From positions 66,081-130,080 of the forward strand of contig JAJEJA010000061.1 of assembly GCA_022828145.1 (NCBI GenBank): a DNA stretch of 64,000 nt. Reading direction: 5' to 3'. Shown piece after piece: positions 30,794-40,658 of the stretch (the first letter of the stretch is position 1; each line of letters begins with the position of its first letter). The notes below the pieces were generated by a model. That model ran no database searches, had not been told where the DNA came from, and saw nothing but the letters and a program-made list of their open reading frames with translations. The DNA is from Candidatus Poribacteria bacterium. Its GTDB lineage: Bacteria > Poribacteria > WGA-4E > WGA-3G. The position numbers and the translations under genes were made by a program.

Positions 30794-31879
30794 GTGAAAA
30801 TTAGAGACGTCCGAACAACACTTTATGACATTCCACCTCAAGTCAAACGGACTGATGCAATACAAGCATTTGTTTCAATGGAATTTCCATTCATTGAAAT
30901 TGAAGATGATGATGGCGTTGTCGGTACAGGATTCTCATATACAATCGGAAAGGGTGGAGAGGCTATCAAACAGGTGATAGATGCTTATCTCACGCCAATC
31001 CTATATGATGAAGACCCATCTAACATTGATAGAATCTGGAACCGAATGTGGATGGAGACACACTGGGTCGGTAGAGGTGGAATTGTAGGTTTAGGGATCG
31101 CAGCTGTTGACATTGCACTCTGGGACCTTATGGCACAACGTGCAAATTTACCGCTCTATAAACTCCTCGGCGGAGCAAAGGACACTGTCCCTGTATACAA
31201 TACCGATGGTGGATGGTTACATCTGACAGAAGATGAACTGGTCAGACAATCTGTTCAATATGTGGAACACGGATACAAAGGAATCAAGATAAAAGTAGGC
31301 AGAGAAAACCTTCACGAAGATGTCTCACGTATCTTTGCCGTTAGGAAAGCAATTGGACAGGAACCGTATCTTATGATAGACGCAAATATGAAGTGGAATG
31401 CTCGTGAAGCTACGCAACTCGCTTGTCGCATTGAGGAAGCAGATATCTTCTGGTTTGAAGAGCCGATAGCAGCAGATGATGTTGATAGCCATGTTGACCT
31501 GCGACAGAAGACTACCATCCCAATTGCTATTGGCGAGACGATCTATAACAAATATGTCTTTCAGGAGTATATTGCACAAGGTGCAGCAGACATTTTGCAA
31601 CCGGATGCTGTGCGGGTAGGTGGGATAACGGAGTGGATGAAAGTGGCACATACTGCCGAATGTTTCGGACTATCAGTATCTCCGCATTTTCTTATGGATT
31701 TACATGTCCATCTGTCAGCCGCCGTCCAAAATTCTCTTTTTGTAGAGTATATTCCATCGCTTGATCCTGTCCTGAGCGAAACGTTGGAACTAAAAGATGG
31801 ACATTTTTCTCCACCGAACAGACCAGGACACGGAATCATGTTTGACAAAGACAAATTGGAACAGTATAGCGTTGCTTAA
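30794..31879 (+). CDS. Enolase-superfamily enzyme (mandelate racemase / muconate lactonizing enzyme family).
   Basis: Capping-domain N-terminus plus the KIKVG...D.N...EEP barrel motifs. Confidence 0.75.
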   Translation: MKIRDVRTTLYDIPPQVKRTDAIQAFVSMEFPFIEIEDDDGVVGTGFSYTIGKGGEAIKQVIDAYLTPILYDEDPSNIDRIWNRMWMETHWVGRGGIVGLGIAAVDIALWDLMAQRANLPLYKLLGGAKDTVPVYNTDGGWLHLTEDELVRQSVQYVEHGYKGIKIKVGRENLHEDVSRIFAVRKAIGQEPYLMIDANMKWNAREATQLACRIEEADIFWFEEPIAADDVDSHVDLRQKTTIPIAIGETIYNKYVFQEYIAQGAADILQPDAVRVGGITEWMKVAHTAECFGLSVSPHFLMDLHVHLSAAVQNSLFVEYIPSLDPVLSETLELKDGHFSPPNRPGHGIMFDKDKLEQYSVA

Positions 31880-31932
31880 ACTAACATAATGAGATTGTTA
31901 ACTGGGTATAACCCGTTATATTAGGTACAACT

Positions 31933-32643
31933 ATGAAACTTAAAGATCGGATTGCAATAATCACTGGTGGTGGTCGTGGGATAGGTCGTGCAACTGCAAT
32001 CGCGTTTGCAAATGAAGGCGCGAACATCGTACTTGCTGCCAGAACAGAAAAAGAAATAAACGCTGTCGCTGAAGAAGTTAAGGAACTTGGCAGTAGTGCC
32101 ATCGCTATTCAAACAGATGTCCAACAGAAATCGGAAGTTGACACACTGGTCAGAAGCACTCTTAATACTTTCGGTAAAGTAGACATACTGGTCAACAATG
32201 CTGGTGTTGCCATCCATAATCCGATACCTAAGATTCGCGAAGAAGATTGGGATTTTACAATGTCAGTTAATCTTAAGGGTGTTTTCTTGTGTACACAAGC
32301 TGTCTTCTCTCACATGTGTAAACAGGAGAGCGGACATATCGTCAACGTATCATCTGTATCAGGAAAAATTGGACATGTGAATGGCGGTGCGTATTGTGCT
32401 TCTAAATTTGCTGTCATCGGTTTTACTGAAACAACCAACAATGAAGGGAGACGATATGGCGTAAAGGCTTCGGTTGTCTGTCCTGGACCTGTTGATACAA
32501 AGATGCGTCGTGATAATCATCCTGACGATGTGATTGAGCATCTTACACGACCCGAAGATGTTGCGGAGTTAATTCTTTTCCTTGTCACTCAACCCAAACA
32601 TGCCCACACAGTTGAGGCTGTCATTAGAACACCTCTCATGTAG
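31933..32643 (+). CDS. Short-chain dehydrogenase/reductase (SDR).
   Basis: TGGGRGIGRA, NNAG and YCASK motifs. Confidence 0.85.
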   Translation: MKLKDRIAIITGGGRGIGRATAIAFANEGANIVLAARTEKEINAVAEEVKELGSSAIAIQTDVQQKSEVDTLVRSTLNTFGKVDILVNNAGVAIHNPIPKIREEDWDFTMSVNLKGVFLCTQAVFSHMCKQESGHIVNVSSVSGKIGHVNGGAYCASKFAVIGFTETTNNEGRRYGVKASVVCPGPVDTKMRRDNHPDDVIEHLTRPEDVAELILFLVTQPKHAHTVEAVIRTPLM

Positions 32644-32662
32644 TCTTGCAACAATACACACC

Positions 32663-33433
32663 ATGCTGATTGATTCGCACACACATATTCAAGTATCCCA
32701 ATTTGATCATGATCGTGAAGAAACGTTACAACGCGCAGTTGAAGCGGGTGTTACGCATATTCTCGTCATCGGAATCGATCCGGATACAAGTCTTGCAGCG
32801 GTAGAACTTGCTGAAAAATACGATCATCTATATGCCACCGTTGGAATGCATCCACACAATGCGGAAGATTTCACAAGTGAGACCTTATCTACTTTTCGCG
32901 ACCTTCTACGTCATCCAAAAGTGATTGCCCTCGGTGAAATCGGTCTTGATTACTACAGAGACCTCTCTCCGCGAAATACACAGAAAGATGTATTTGAAAA
33001 ACAATTAGACCTTGCCGAAGAAACGGGAATGCCTATCATTATTCATAACCGTGATGCTTACGATGATATACTACCCATTCTGGAAAAACGGAAGGGTAAA
33101 CTCCGCGGCGTCCTGCACTGTTTCACAGCTGATGTAGAACGCATGCAAAAGAGTCTTGATATCGGTTTTCATATTGGAATCGGTGGGATTGTTACCTATC
33201 CGAAGGCTACAGATGTTCAACGCGTCGCGAAAGAAGTACCTATTGATAGGTTACTCATTGAAACGGATTGTCCTTGGTTGGCACCGCAATTCAGACGTGG
33301 GAGACGTAACGAACCTGCTTATGTACGGGAAGTTGCAGAGAAGATCGCAGAACTCAGGAACACTTCAGTGGAAACAATGGGTGAGATGACTTCAGGAAAC
33401 TTCTTTTCTCTGTTCGGAGTTGATACGACTTAG
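32663..33433 (+). CDS. tatD: TatD-family metal-dependent hydrolase.
   Basis: MLIDSHTHIQ start and GEIGLDY. Starting at the internal ATG 32663 avoids overlap with the SDR gene. Confidence 0.8.
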   Translation: MLIDSHTHIQVSQFDHDREETLQRAVEAGVTHILVIGIDPDTSLAAVELAEKYDHLYATVGMHPHNAEDFTSETLSTFRDLLRHPKVIALGEIGLDYYRDLSPRNTQKDVFEKQLDLAEETGMPIIIHNRDAYDDILPILEKRKGKLRGVLHCFTADVERMQKSLDIGFHIGIGGIVTYPKATDVQRVAKEVPIDRLLIETDCPWLAPQFRRGRRNEPAYVREVAEKIAELRNTSVETMGEMTSGNFFSLFGVDTT

Positions 33434-33450
33434 CAAATACAGCAACACAC

Positions 33451-34560
33451 ATGAAACAAATAAACTTACGCATGTATGCAATGGTATTTGCCTTATTCTG
33501 TATTTGGGTTATCTTTACACTTGTAACCGATGGTTTATTCCTTTCTGGACGTAATCTATTTAACCTTACCCGCCAAGCTGCTGTTACCGCAATTCTCGCT
33601 ATTGGTATGGTTTTGGTTATCATATCAGCGAATATCGACCTTTCAGTCGGATTTGGTGCAGGCTTGCTTGGTGCTGTCACCGCAATACTACATGTTCGGG
33701 CGAACTTGCCAGCTACATTAACCCTACTTATTGTCTTATGTTTAGGCATATTTATTGGCGTTATACAAGGATATCTTGTTGGATATCTACGTATACCAGC
33801 GTTTATTGTTACGCTGGGTGGTTTCTTGGTTTATAGAGGACTGATGTTAGCAGTTACAAAAGGTGAGACTATAGCACTACCCGATAACTGGTTAAAGGCG
33901 ATTGGAACTGCCCATATACCTAAAGCAATTGGTATCTATCTCCTGCTGTTTTGCATCGTCGTTTTTGTGTTAGTGTATATGAGACGACTTAAGAAAACAA
34001 CTGTTGAAAGATATCTCAAGACAGAACTTCACTATATTTTGACAAGTATTCTAATATGGATCATTATTATCGCTTTTGTGTTGGTTATGAATTCCTACAA
34101 AGGTATACCTGTGCTTGCTTGCATCATGTTCGGTTTAGCATTCATAGTTCATTTCATTGCAAACTACTCCCGTTTTGGGAGATATGTGTATGCAGTCGGT
34201 GGCAATTCAGACGCTGCCTATCTATCTGGAATTAATGTTGAGGGGATTACGTTGCGAGTCTTTGCTGTCATGGGAGCCTTAATGGCAATCGCAGGTATCG
34301 TTATGACAACGCGACTCGGCAGTGCCGGCCCTGAAGCAGGACGACTGCTTGAGTTAGAAGCTATTGCAGCATGTGTCATCGGTGGTGCAAGTCTCATGGG
34401 TGGACGTGGAACAATCTTCGGCGCAATCTTAGGAGCGTTTGTTATGGCAAGTCTCAGTAATGGCATGAGTATGGCAAACATGGGACCCTCATGGCAGGAC
34501 ATCATAACCGGTACAGTACTCGTCGCAGCTGTTGGATTTGATATGCTGTCAAGGAAATGA
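33451..34560 (+). CDS. ABC transporter permease (monosaccharide/branched-chain type, BPD_transp_2).
   Basis: Eight or nine TM helices. A conserved loop reads GGASLMGGRGTIFGAILGA. No ATPase or binding-protein gene is adjacent. Confidence 0.7.
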   Translation: MKQINLRMYAMVFALFCIWVIFTLVTDGLFLSGRNLFNLTRQAAVTAILAIGMVLVIISANIDLSVGFGAGLLGAVTAILHVRANLPATLTLLIVLCLGIFIGVIQGYLVGYLRIPAFIVTLGGFLVYRGLMLAVTKGETIALPDNWLKAIGTAHIPKAIGIYLLLFCIVVFVLVYMRRLKKTTVERYLKTELHYILTSILIWIIIIAFVLVMNSYKGIPVLACIMFGLAFIVHFIANYSRFGRYVYAVGGNSDAAYLSGINVEGITLRVFAVMGALMAIAGIVMTTRLGSAGPEAGRLLELEAIAACVIGGASLMGGRGTIFGAILGAFVMASLSNGMSMANMGPSWQDIITGTVLVAAVGFDMLSRK

Positions 34561-34578
34561 TGACTATGTCATATAATT

Positions 34579-34636
34579 AGGACTTACGCATTTTTTCTTA
34601 AAGCCCCCTTGATAAGGGGGGAAGTGCGTAAGTCCT
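34579..34636. repeat. REP-B palindromic element (AGGACTTACGCA ... CCCCTTGATAAGGGGGG ... TGCGTAAGTCCT). It probably also serves as a terminator of the permease gene.
   Basis: Perfect 12-bp arms and a palindromic core. A second, larger copy lies at 51421-51551. Confidence 0.55.
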
Positions 34637-34739
34637 GATAATTAAACACTGTTTTCTCACATTTTTTTAAACCAAACTCGTAAATTCCTCCCTCTTTACT
34701 GCTGAATACAACTCTTGCGTTATTCCGAGGTATATAAAT

Positions 34740-36497
34740 ATGCATTACGAATCTATCTCTATTTGTGATCAGAAAGACGTAGATTTAGTCCGTCTTATCC
34801 AAGCACGTGATGAAGCAGCATTCAAAGAACTCATGTCCCGTTATAATCCACTCATCTGGAATATATTAAACCGGAATGTCAGACAACACCGAGATGCAGA
34901 AGAAATCCTTATGGATATCTGGATGATTGTTTGGGAGAACATTATCGGTTTACGAAACGCAGAAAGTTTTGCGGGATGGTTACGACGAATCGCTTTCACT
35001 GCCTGCAAAAGATACTACGCAAAAAGGACATCTCAACAGAGCGAACTCCTACTCAATTATGAAGATTTGGCTCTACAGATAGACAGAGAAGCTGAAAAAC
35101 GTTTCCATGATGACAGAATACGGGAAGATGCAAGGGAAGCAGTCCAGCATCTTCCACGAGGTATTAGGAGTATTGGAATCAGATACTACCTTGAACAGTG
35201 GACTATCACTGATATTGCGGATGAACTAAGTCTGCCAACTGGAACAGTAAAGTCCCAGCTAAGTAAGGTGAGAGATCTGCTGCGTAAAGAATTCGAAGTC
35301 AAAACTGAACCTATTAGGAGGAAAACTATGTCAACTAAAGATACAATCATTGAGAATACCGAATCAATGGTTAAAATCATCGGAGTAGGTGGGGCAGGAT
35401 GTAATGTCATCAGAACAATGTCAGAGACTGAATGTCCTGACATCGCTTTCTACGCTATTGATACAGATAAAAAAACGCTTAATACATGCACAGGTGCAGT
35501 GCAGCTGCAAATCGGTAAAAACACGACGCACGGAGACGGAACACATGGGAACCTGGCACTCGGGAGGCAAGCAGCTGCAGAAGACATGGATCAGCTACGA
35601 TCAATTGTTGAAGGGGCACAGGCTGTTTTTGTAATTGCTGGATTGGGTGGTGGAACAGGCACAAGCGTGGCACCAGTTGTCGCATCGCTTGCACAGGAGC
35701 AAAATGCATTGACCTTCTGTATTGTAACAAGACCATTCCAGGCTGAAGGTAAAAAACGAAGTGAAAGTGCAGAAGTAGGATTGCAGGAATTGCACAAGGA
35801 TCCATCGCAAAGTCTGGACGCTGTAATCACAATTCCTAACGAGCAAGTATTAGAAATAATCAACAGTGGTCCCCCCTTACAGGATGTCTTGCAAGGAAAC
35901 AATGAAATCTTAATACAGGGAATTTGTGCAATCACGGATATGGTATTAGATTTTCCTCAAGAAATAACCGTCTCTATAGATGACATAAAGGAATTTTTGC
36001 GCGACCAAGGGATTCTGCAGATGAGTATTGGAAAAGCAAGTGGTGAAAACAGAGCAACGATCGCAGCACAGAACGCGATGTCCTCACCTTTACTCTCTGG
36101 CAATAGAATAGCTGATGCAAAGAGAGTCATCTTAAGTATCGCAGCACCACCCAACTTTGATATGCAAGAATTCGACGAAGCGATTAATGTTTGCATTGAT
36201 AGATCAGAAATTGTAGATTTTATGATTGGCTTGGTTCATAAAGATGATCTAGAACAATCAGATGAGGTACTGATTACCGTAATTGCATGTATGCCGAGTC
36301 ATAAGAAAAATCAGGACTCTGAAACATCAAAAAGCATTCAAGATGATACAACGGGAGAGAATATTGATAAGTCCATAAGTTCATCAGAGTATGCGAATCA
36401 AGTCAATTTCAGTCAATACGATCTATCACAGCATTTATCTAATGATGCAAGTTTAGTGCGGAGTACTATTGAGGATAGTATATCCAATGCAGTTTAA
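34740..36497 (+). CDS. ECF sigma-70 factor (regions 2 and 4, about residues 1-185) fused in frame to a divergent FtsZ/tubulin-like GTPase (about residues 197-585).
   Basis: The Sigma70_r2-like segment is DLVRLIQARDEAAFKELMSRYNPLIW...ILMDIWM. The r4 helix-turn-helix is ITDIADELSLPTGTVKSQLSKVRDLL. FtsZ G-box motifs IIGVGGAGCNV, FYAIDTD and GLGGGTGTS are present. A T7-like loop ITDMVLDFPQE is present. The C-terminal domain resembles FtsZ_C. There is no stop between the domains. Confidence 0.7.
   Translation: MHYESISICDQKDVDLVRLIQARDEAAFKELMSRYNPLIWNILNRNVRQHRDAEEILMDIWMIVWENIIGLRNAESFAGWLRRIAFTACKRYYAKRTSQQSELLLNYEDLALQIDREAEKRFHDDRIREDAREAVQHLPRGIRSIGIRYYLEQWTITDIADELSLPTGTVKSQLSKVRDLLRKEFEVKTEPIRRKTMSTKDTIIENTESMVKIIGVGGAGCNVIRTMSETECPDIAFYAIDTDKKTLNTCTGAVQLQIGKNTTHGDGTHGNLALGRQAAAEDMDQLRSIVEGAQAVFVIAGLGGGTGTSVAPVVASLAQEQNALTFCIVTRPFQAEGKKRSESAEVGLQELHKDPSQSLDAVITIPNEQVLEIINSGPPLQDVLQGNNEILIQGICAITDMVLDFPQEITVSIDDIKEFLRDQGILQMSIGKASGENRATIAAQNAMSSPLLSGNRIADAKRVILSIAAPPNFDMQEFDEAINVCIDRSEIVDFMIGLVHKDDLEQSDEVLITVIACMPSHKKNQDSETSKSIQDDTTGENIDKSISSSEYANQVNFSQYDLSQHLSNDASLVRSTIEDSISNAV
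35316..35330 (+). promoter_or_regulatory. Internal translation-initiation site: AGGAGG, then a 6-nt spacer, then ATG (35328), exactly at the sigma/FtsZ junction.
   Basis: A perfect Shine-Dalgarno sequence with a spacer, seen directly in the sequence. Confidence 0.4.
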
Positions 36498-36548
36498 GAT
36501 CATAAGAATACAGAAAAGCATACGGTTGTCTAATCCCAGTCAGTTTAA

Positions 36549-36575
36549 AAGTAGTAGGCACACTCCGTGTGCCGT
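36549..36575. repeat. 27-bp element AAGTAGTAGGCACACTCCGTGTGCCGT with a perfect 7-bp stem (GGCACAC/GTGTGCC). It sits downstream of the fusion gene and may be a terminator.
   Basis: An identical copy lies at 46178-46203. Confidence 0.5.
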
Positions 36576-36670
36576 CCAAAGTTGATGACTAACTACTGAT
36601 TTTTCATTGTTTATCCATCAAGAAACTGATATAATTGAGAAGATGTTATACCTAACCACTCTATAGATAT

Positions 36671-37585
36671 TTGGAAAATACAATGAATATCAATGAACGT
36701 TTCCAGAACTACACACGATCTGAACTGCCACCTAAATTTAAGGAAAGACTTGACCGTAAACAGATCACTGAGATTGCCTTATCACCCGACGGTACAAAAC
36801 TCGCTGGTAGCGGTGAAGGACGTATATGGGTCTACGATCTGGACAGTAGCGAGCAGGTGGCAATGCTTGCTGGACATGCAGATCGCATACGTGCTTTGGC
36901 ATTTGCACCTGACAACACCTCCATTGCAAGTGCCAGTGAAGATAATACACTCAGACTATGGGATACGGACCAGGGAAACGAGATTGCAACAGTCGCAGGG
37001 GATACATCAAACCTTGCGACAGCCTTAGCATCATCTCCTGATGGCGTTCCTTTGACAGCATGGAACGAAGAGACTGTCCGACTGCTCAGTAGTTCTGGCA
37101 CTGAACCTTCACGTATCAGAACACTGCGGTATTCGGATGATGGAGATACCCTCGTTAGCGGTGGCGTGGATGGTAAGATACGTGTCTTTGAAATTGAGAC
37201 AGGACGTCAAAACGCATCATTTGCTGCACATGACGGTTTAGTCTTATCTCTCGCCCTAACTTCGGATGGTCAATTCTTTGCCAGTGGTGGTTCGGATACT
37301 ACCGTCCGCTTATGGGACATGAGTGATCATCGGCTGCTGGCTACCTTGACGGCGCATGCTGATTCTGTCTATGCATTAGCGTTTTCCGATAACGGAGAAA
37401 TGCTTGCCAGTGGTGGAAGAGACCCCCATGTTCGGCTCTGGAATGTCCAAGCGAGAGGTCTCATGCGTACTATACCAATTCAGGACGGTTTTGTCTGGAA
37501 GTTAGCATTTTTACAAGACAGAGATAGTGATACAGAAAAACTCGTTTGTATCAATAGAGATGGAAGCCTCTTGCAGTGGGAATGA
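36671..37585 (+). CDS. WD40-repeat (beta-propeller) protein.
   Basis: About seven WD-like repeats (GH...A.S.D.T.RLWD). Confidence 0.8.
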   Translation: MENTMNINERFQNYTRSELPPKFKERLDRKQITEIALSPDGTKLAGSGEGRIWVYDLDSSEQVAMLAGHADRIRALAFAPDNTSIASASEDNTLRLWDTDQGNEIATVAGDTSNLATALASSPDGVPLTAWNEETVRLLSSSGTEPSRIRTLRYSDDGDTLVSGGVDGKIRVFEIETGRQNASFAAHDGLVLSLALTSDGQFFASGGSDTTVRLWDMSDHRLLATLTAHADSVYALAFSDNGEMLASGGRDPHVRLWNVQARGLMRTIPIQDGFVWKLAFLQDRDSDTEKLVCINRDGSLLQWE

Positions 37586-37696
37586 TTGGATTCTGTAGGA
37601 CACCAGCTTTATAAAAACAGGTGTTCCCGACTATCAAACGGCACAAACTAAAAGTTTATGCTACAATGAAAGAGGCATTTTCATTTAGCAATGGTA

Positions 37697-38854
37697 TTAC
37701 TGCCACTTGTATTCGTCCTCTGCTATTAGACCGTCCTTACTTTTTTCTATAATGCGCTTCTTGAATAACTGCAATTGGTCATGTTCACTTTTCTCAAAAT
37801 GCTCGAAATGGACTTCAAGGTAAATCATCCATAATAGGAGTGTGAACTCACGATCAATATAGATATCCTCTGTCTGTATTTCAGGAATTTGTTCAGTTTT
37901 GACTTCACGATACACGCGAATGAGTTCATGCTCATAAGAACGTTTCTGTCCAGTATAATACTTCACAGTTTCATCAAATGCATATTCAAGTTCACTCATC
38001 GGTTTATAGCCTTTGGAGACGCTGTATATGGCACTGTCATATCCCCCGAGTATTTTCTCATACAACCAATATGACATATCCGAGACAAGGTTGACATTTT
38101 TCTGCCCGTTTGCCATTGAGACGCATCGAAATCCGAGAGTACCTATACCATCAGCAGCAGGATGTTGACTTACGGTTGCTATGTCTAACTCATCTGCTTC
38201 TTCAAACCAGGAACCCCCGCGTGTTCTATGATATCTTCCGTGTATATCGTTTGCATCTAACCTATCTAAACACCATTCATCGACATTACCGATCATATCG
38301 TATAAGCCGAAATCGTTGGGTTGATAGCTGCCAACTTTTTTTGTTGGTGGAATGCGAAAACTAACTTTCTCGGTGTATCTACCAAAGTTTGCTCTGTTTT
38401 TAGGATGGTCATTTCCCCATGGATACTTCTTCGCTTTAAGTAGACCGCGTGCTGCTCTTTCCCATTGCGCTTGTGTGGGTAAATCCTTACTAACCCATTC
38501 TGCATAAGCTTTTGCAGCGAACCAGCTCATACCGCACACAGGATGATCGGCTCTACCTTTCGGATACATATTGTTCTTCCAGCCTGAGAGATATGTATCC
38601 CCAACCAGTGAGATGAGTGCTTTGTCCTGTTGCCATAGCGGATTGGCATCCAAGAACTCCTTAAATTGTCTATTTGTAACCTCATACTTGTCCATATAGA
38701 AAGCTTCAAGACCATCACCCGCAGGTATCAGAACCATACCATCAGGCGCATCGGCATAACCCAAATTGAAGTTTGTTATTGTAAATAGAAATATCGTCAT
38801 TGTGAGGTATATTATTTTCTTTAGGTTTTTCACTGTTTTGCTCCAAGTTTTCAC
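37697..38854 (-). CDS. Secreted FGE-sulfatase (SUMF1/formylglycine-generating-enzyme-like) domain protein with a C-terminal extension.
   Basis: Signal peptide. FGE-sulfatase motifs are present (PVCGMSWFAAKAYAEW, RGGSWF, GFRCV). Confidence 0.7.
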   Translation of the reverse strand: MKTWSKTVKNLKKIIYLTMTIFLFTITNFNLGYADAPDGMVLIPAGDGLEAFYMDKYEVTNRQFKEFLDANPLWQQDKALISLVGDTYLSGWKNNMYPKGRADHPVCGMSWFAAKAYAEWVSKDLPTQAQWERAARGLLKAKKYPWGNDHPKNRANFGRYTEKVSFRIPPTKKVGSYQPNDFGLYDMIGNVDEWCLDRLDANDIHGRYHRTRGGSWFEEADELDIATVSQHPAADGIGTLGFRCVSMANGQKNVNLVSDMSYWLYEKILGGYDSAIYSVSKGYKPMSELEYAFDETVKYYTGQKRSYEHELIRVYREVKTEQIPEIQTEDIYIDREFTLLLWMIYLEVHFEHFEKSEHDQLQLFKKRIIEKSKDGLIAEDEYKWQ

Positions 38855-39068
38855 AAAATTGAGAGTGTTTCCCTAATTTTTGATAAACTGTGTTCTTTTT
38901 TCTACTTCTGTTTCTACATTCCAACTACTGTTTTTCTATTTTTTCTATTTTAAGACATTCTGAACACCTATCACAGCAGTATTTATCGTGTGTATTGGTT
39001 TGTGTAATGTTTATTGTCATTCTTGAATGACGTAGTTTTATGTGCAATTATTGTGCCAATGTTCAAGC

Positions 39069-40448
39069 TTATTCTGTAAGGTTTTTGACTTTCTTGAACT
39101 TATCCTCTGCAAATTGGCCCCATTCCTTAATCTTCTCATTTCGATAAACTGCATTGTTCCATTTTGTTTCAGCCATCGTCAATGCTTCCTGATCCGTGAT
39201 TGGCATCTGAACAAGTGCTGCTATTGCTGCGTTGCGTTTCGCTGGATCCTCAGTGTTGCTGATTGCAGTCCAAGCATCAACAAGATCCTTATGTGAATCT
39301 ATGATTAGCACACCGAACAGATCGTTTACAATATCCCATCGTTTGCTTCCTACTTCAGCATCATAAGGGAAGGGATCGACCGGTAATTTGAAGGGATTGG
39401 TTACGATAGACCTTTCCCCTAATTCATCATAGAGTGTTGGTATCACGCTTGCGCGATTGAGTCCCCCTTCCCAATTCGGACCTTCGGGGTCATCTTCAGG
39501 AAGCATCCAGAGTTTTTGTGCCTTCTCGGACAGAACAAACGCAATGAATTTTTTTGCTACCTCCATATTTGGTGCACCTTTCAATATTGCAATTGAATCC
39601 GGATTGACCACAATGCCATCAGTCGGTAATACATACTTGATTTTGTCTTCTCCTACAGCAGCAATTTGACTATATGCATAGAAGTCAATTGCCAATCCGT
39701 AGATCACTTCTCCATTGGCGACATCTCTCGGTATAACGTTTGACCCGGCAGAGAATTTCTTGACATTCCCCCCCAATTTCGTCAGGAGTGCAAACCCTTT
39801 TTCCCAACCGTGTGTTTGAAGGATAATCTCATACATCATGTGTGCACTACCGCTTTCTCTTGGATCAGCAGCCCCTATTTCGTCGATCAGTGCAATGTTA
39901 CCCAAGTCCTCCCATTTTGCAGGTATAGGTAGTTCTTTTATCTCTCGTACTTGGTCGTTATACATGATGCCGAAACTGGAGAGTACTGCGCCATACCAAC
40001 GATATTGTGCATCATATACCGGAATACCGTGATATGATTGGGGTATCAGTTTTAGTTGTTCGTCTGGAAGTTTATAGGGAGTCAATAGATCCAATTCTGC
40101 CAATCTAAGGTAACTATCCGTTCCGCCCCCGAAGAAGATGTCATGCTCAATTCCATCAGGCAGGCGATCAAATTCTGTTGTGATCAACTTGTAATTGGTA
40201 GATGTTCCGCCAGCATCCCTCCAATTGACTTCCACTGTTTTACCTGTCTGTTCCTTGTACCACGCCTTAAAACTGCTACCGAACACCTCTTTAATACCAT
40301 CTGGATGTGGTGATATAATGACGAGTTGATCGTCTGATTGTTTGGTTGGTTGACATTGCCAGAACACCATCAATCCGACCAGTATGATTACCAATGTTGT
40401 GATGTGTCGGATACTATCCCTTTGCAGAAACGGATTAGACTTGAACAT
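39069..40448 (-). CDS. ABC transporter periplasmic substrate-binding protein (family 1, iron/thiamine-type).
   Basis: Signal/TM segment at the internal Met (MFKSNPF...). SBP_bac_1-like fold motifs. The upstream 39 codons of the ORF have no signal sequence, so the start was moved to 40448. Confidence 0.6.
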   Translation of the reverse strand: MFKSNPFLQRDSIRHITTLVIILVGLMVFWQCQPTKQSDDQLVIISPHPDGIKEVFGSSFKAWYKEQTGKTVEVNWRDAGGTSTNYKLITTEFDRLPDGIEHDIFFGGGTDSYLRLAELDLLTPYKLPDEQLKLIPQSYHGIPVYDAQYRWYGAVLSSFGIMYNDQVREIKELPIPAKWEDLGNIALIDEIGAADPRESGSAHMMYEIILQTHGWEKGFALLTKLGGNVKKFSAGSNVIPRDVANGEVIYGLAIDFYAYSQIAAVGEDKIKYVLPTDGIVVNPDSIAILKGAPNMEVAKKFIAFVLSEKAQKLWMLPEDDPEGPNWEGGLNRASVIPTLYDELGERSIVTNPFKLPVDPFPYDAEVGSKRWDIVNDLFGVLIIDSHKDLVDAWTAISNTEDPAKRNAAIAALVQMPITDQEALTMAETKWNNAVYRNEKIKEWGQFAEDKFKKVKNLTE

Positions 40449-40658
40449 TTTTTGTAATTTCTCCTCTGAGTTGTGAAAATTTGAATCAGACATTAAAAAA
40501 GTGAGACGATATCTTTCATTTTCCATGCTAAGACAATGATAGCACCGAGAAGGATCAGATACCATACAATCATGGATTTTACATGTTTCCCCTTGAAAAA
40601 TGAACGGTTTGGCCTCTGCAGTTTCATCTGTTAGTTCCTCATGTTGCCTTTAGATTTG

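Noticed and set aside
33451-34560. A lone ABC permease as part of a ribose uptake operon with rbsK (50473-51408).
   Set aside because: The two genes are 16 kb apart, with unrelated genes in between. No ATPase or SBP is adjacent. It was treated as an orphan permease.
35389-35935. Multiple 80-115-aa antisense or alternative-frame ORFs overlapping the sigma-FtsZ gene. Similar sets occur inside other large genes, for example 8012-8362 and 30022-30625.
   Set aside because: They are entirely nested in strongly supported CDSs, with no RBS and biased composition. They are typical six-frame noise.
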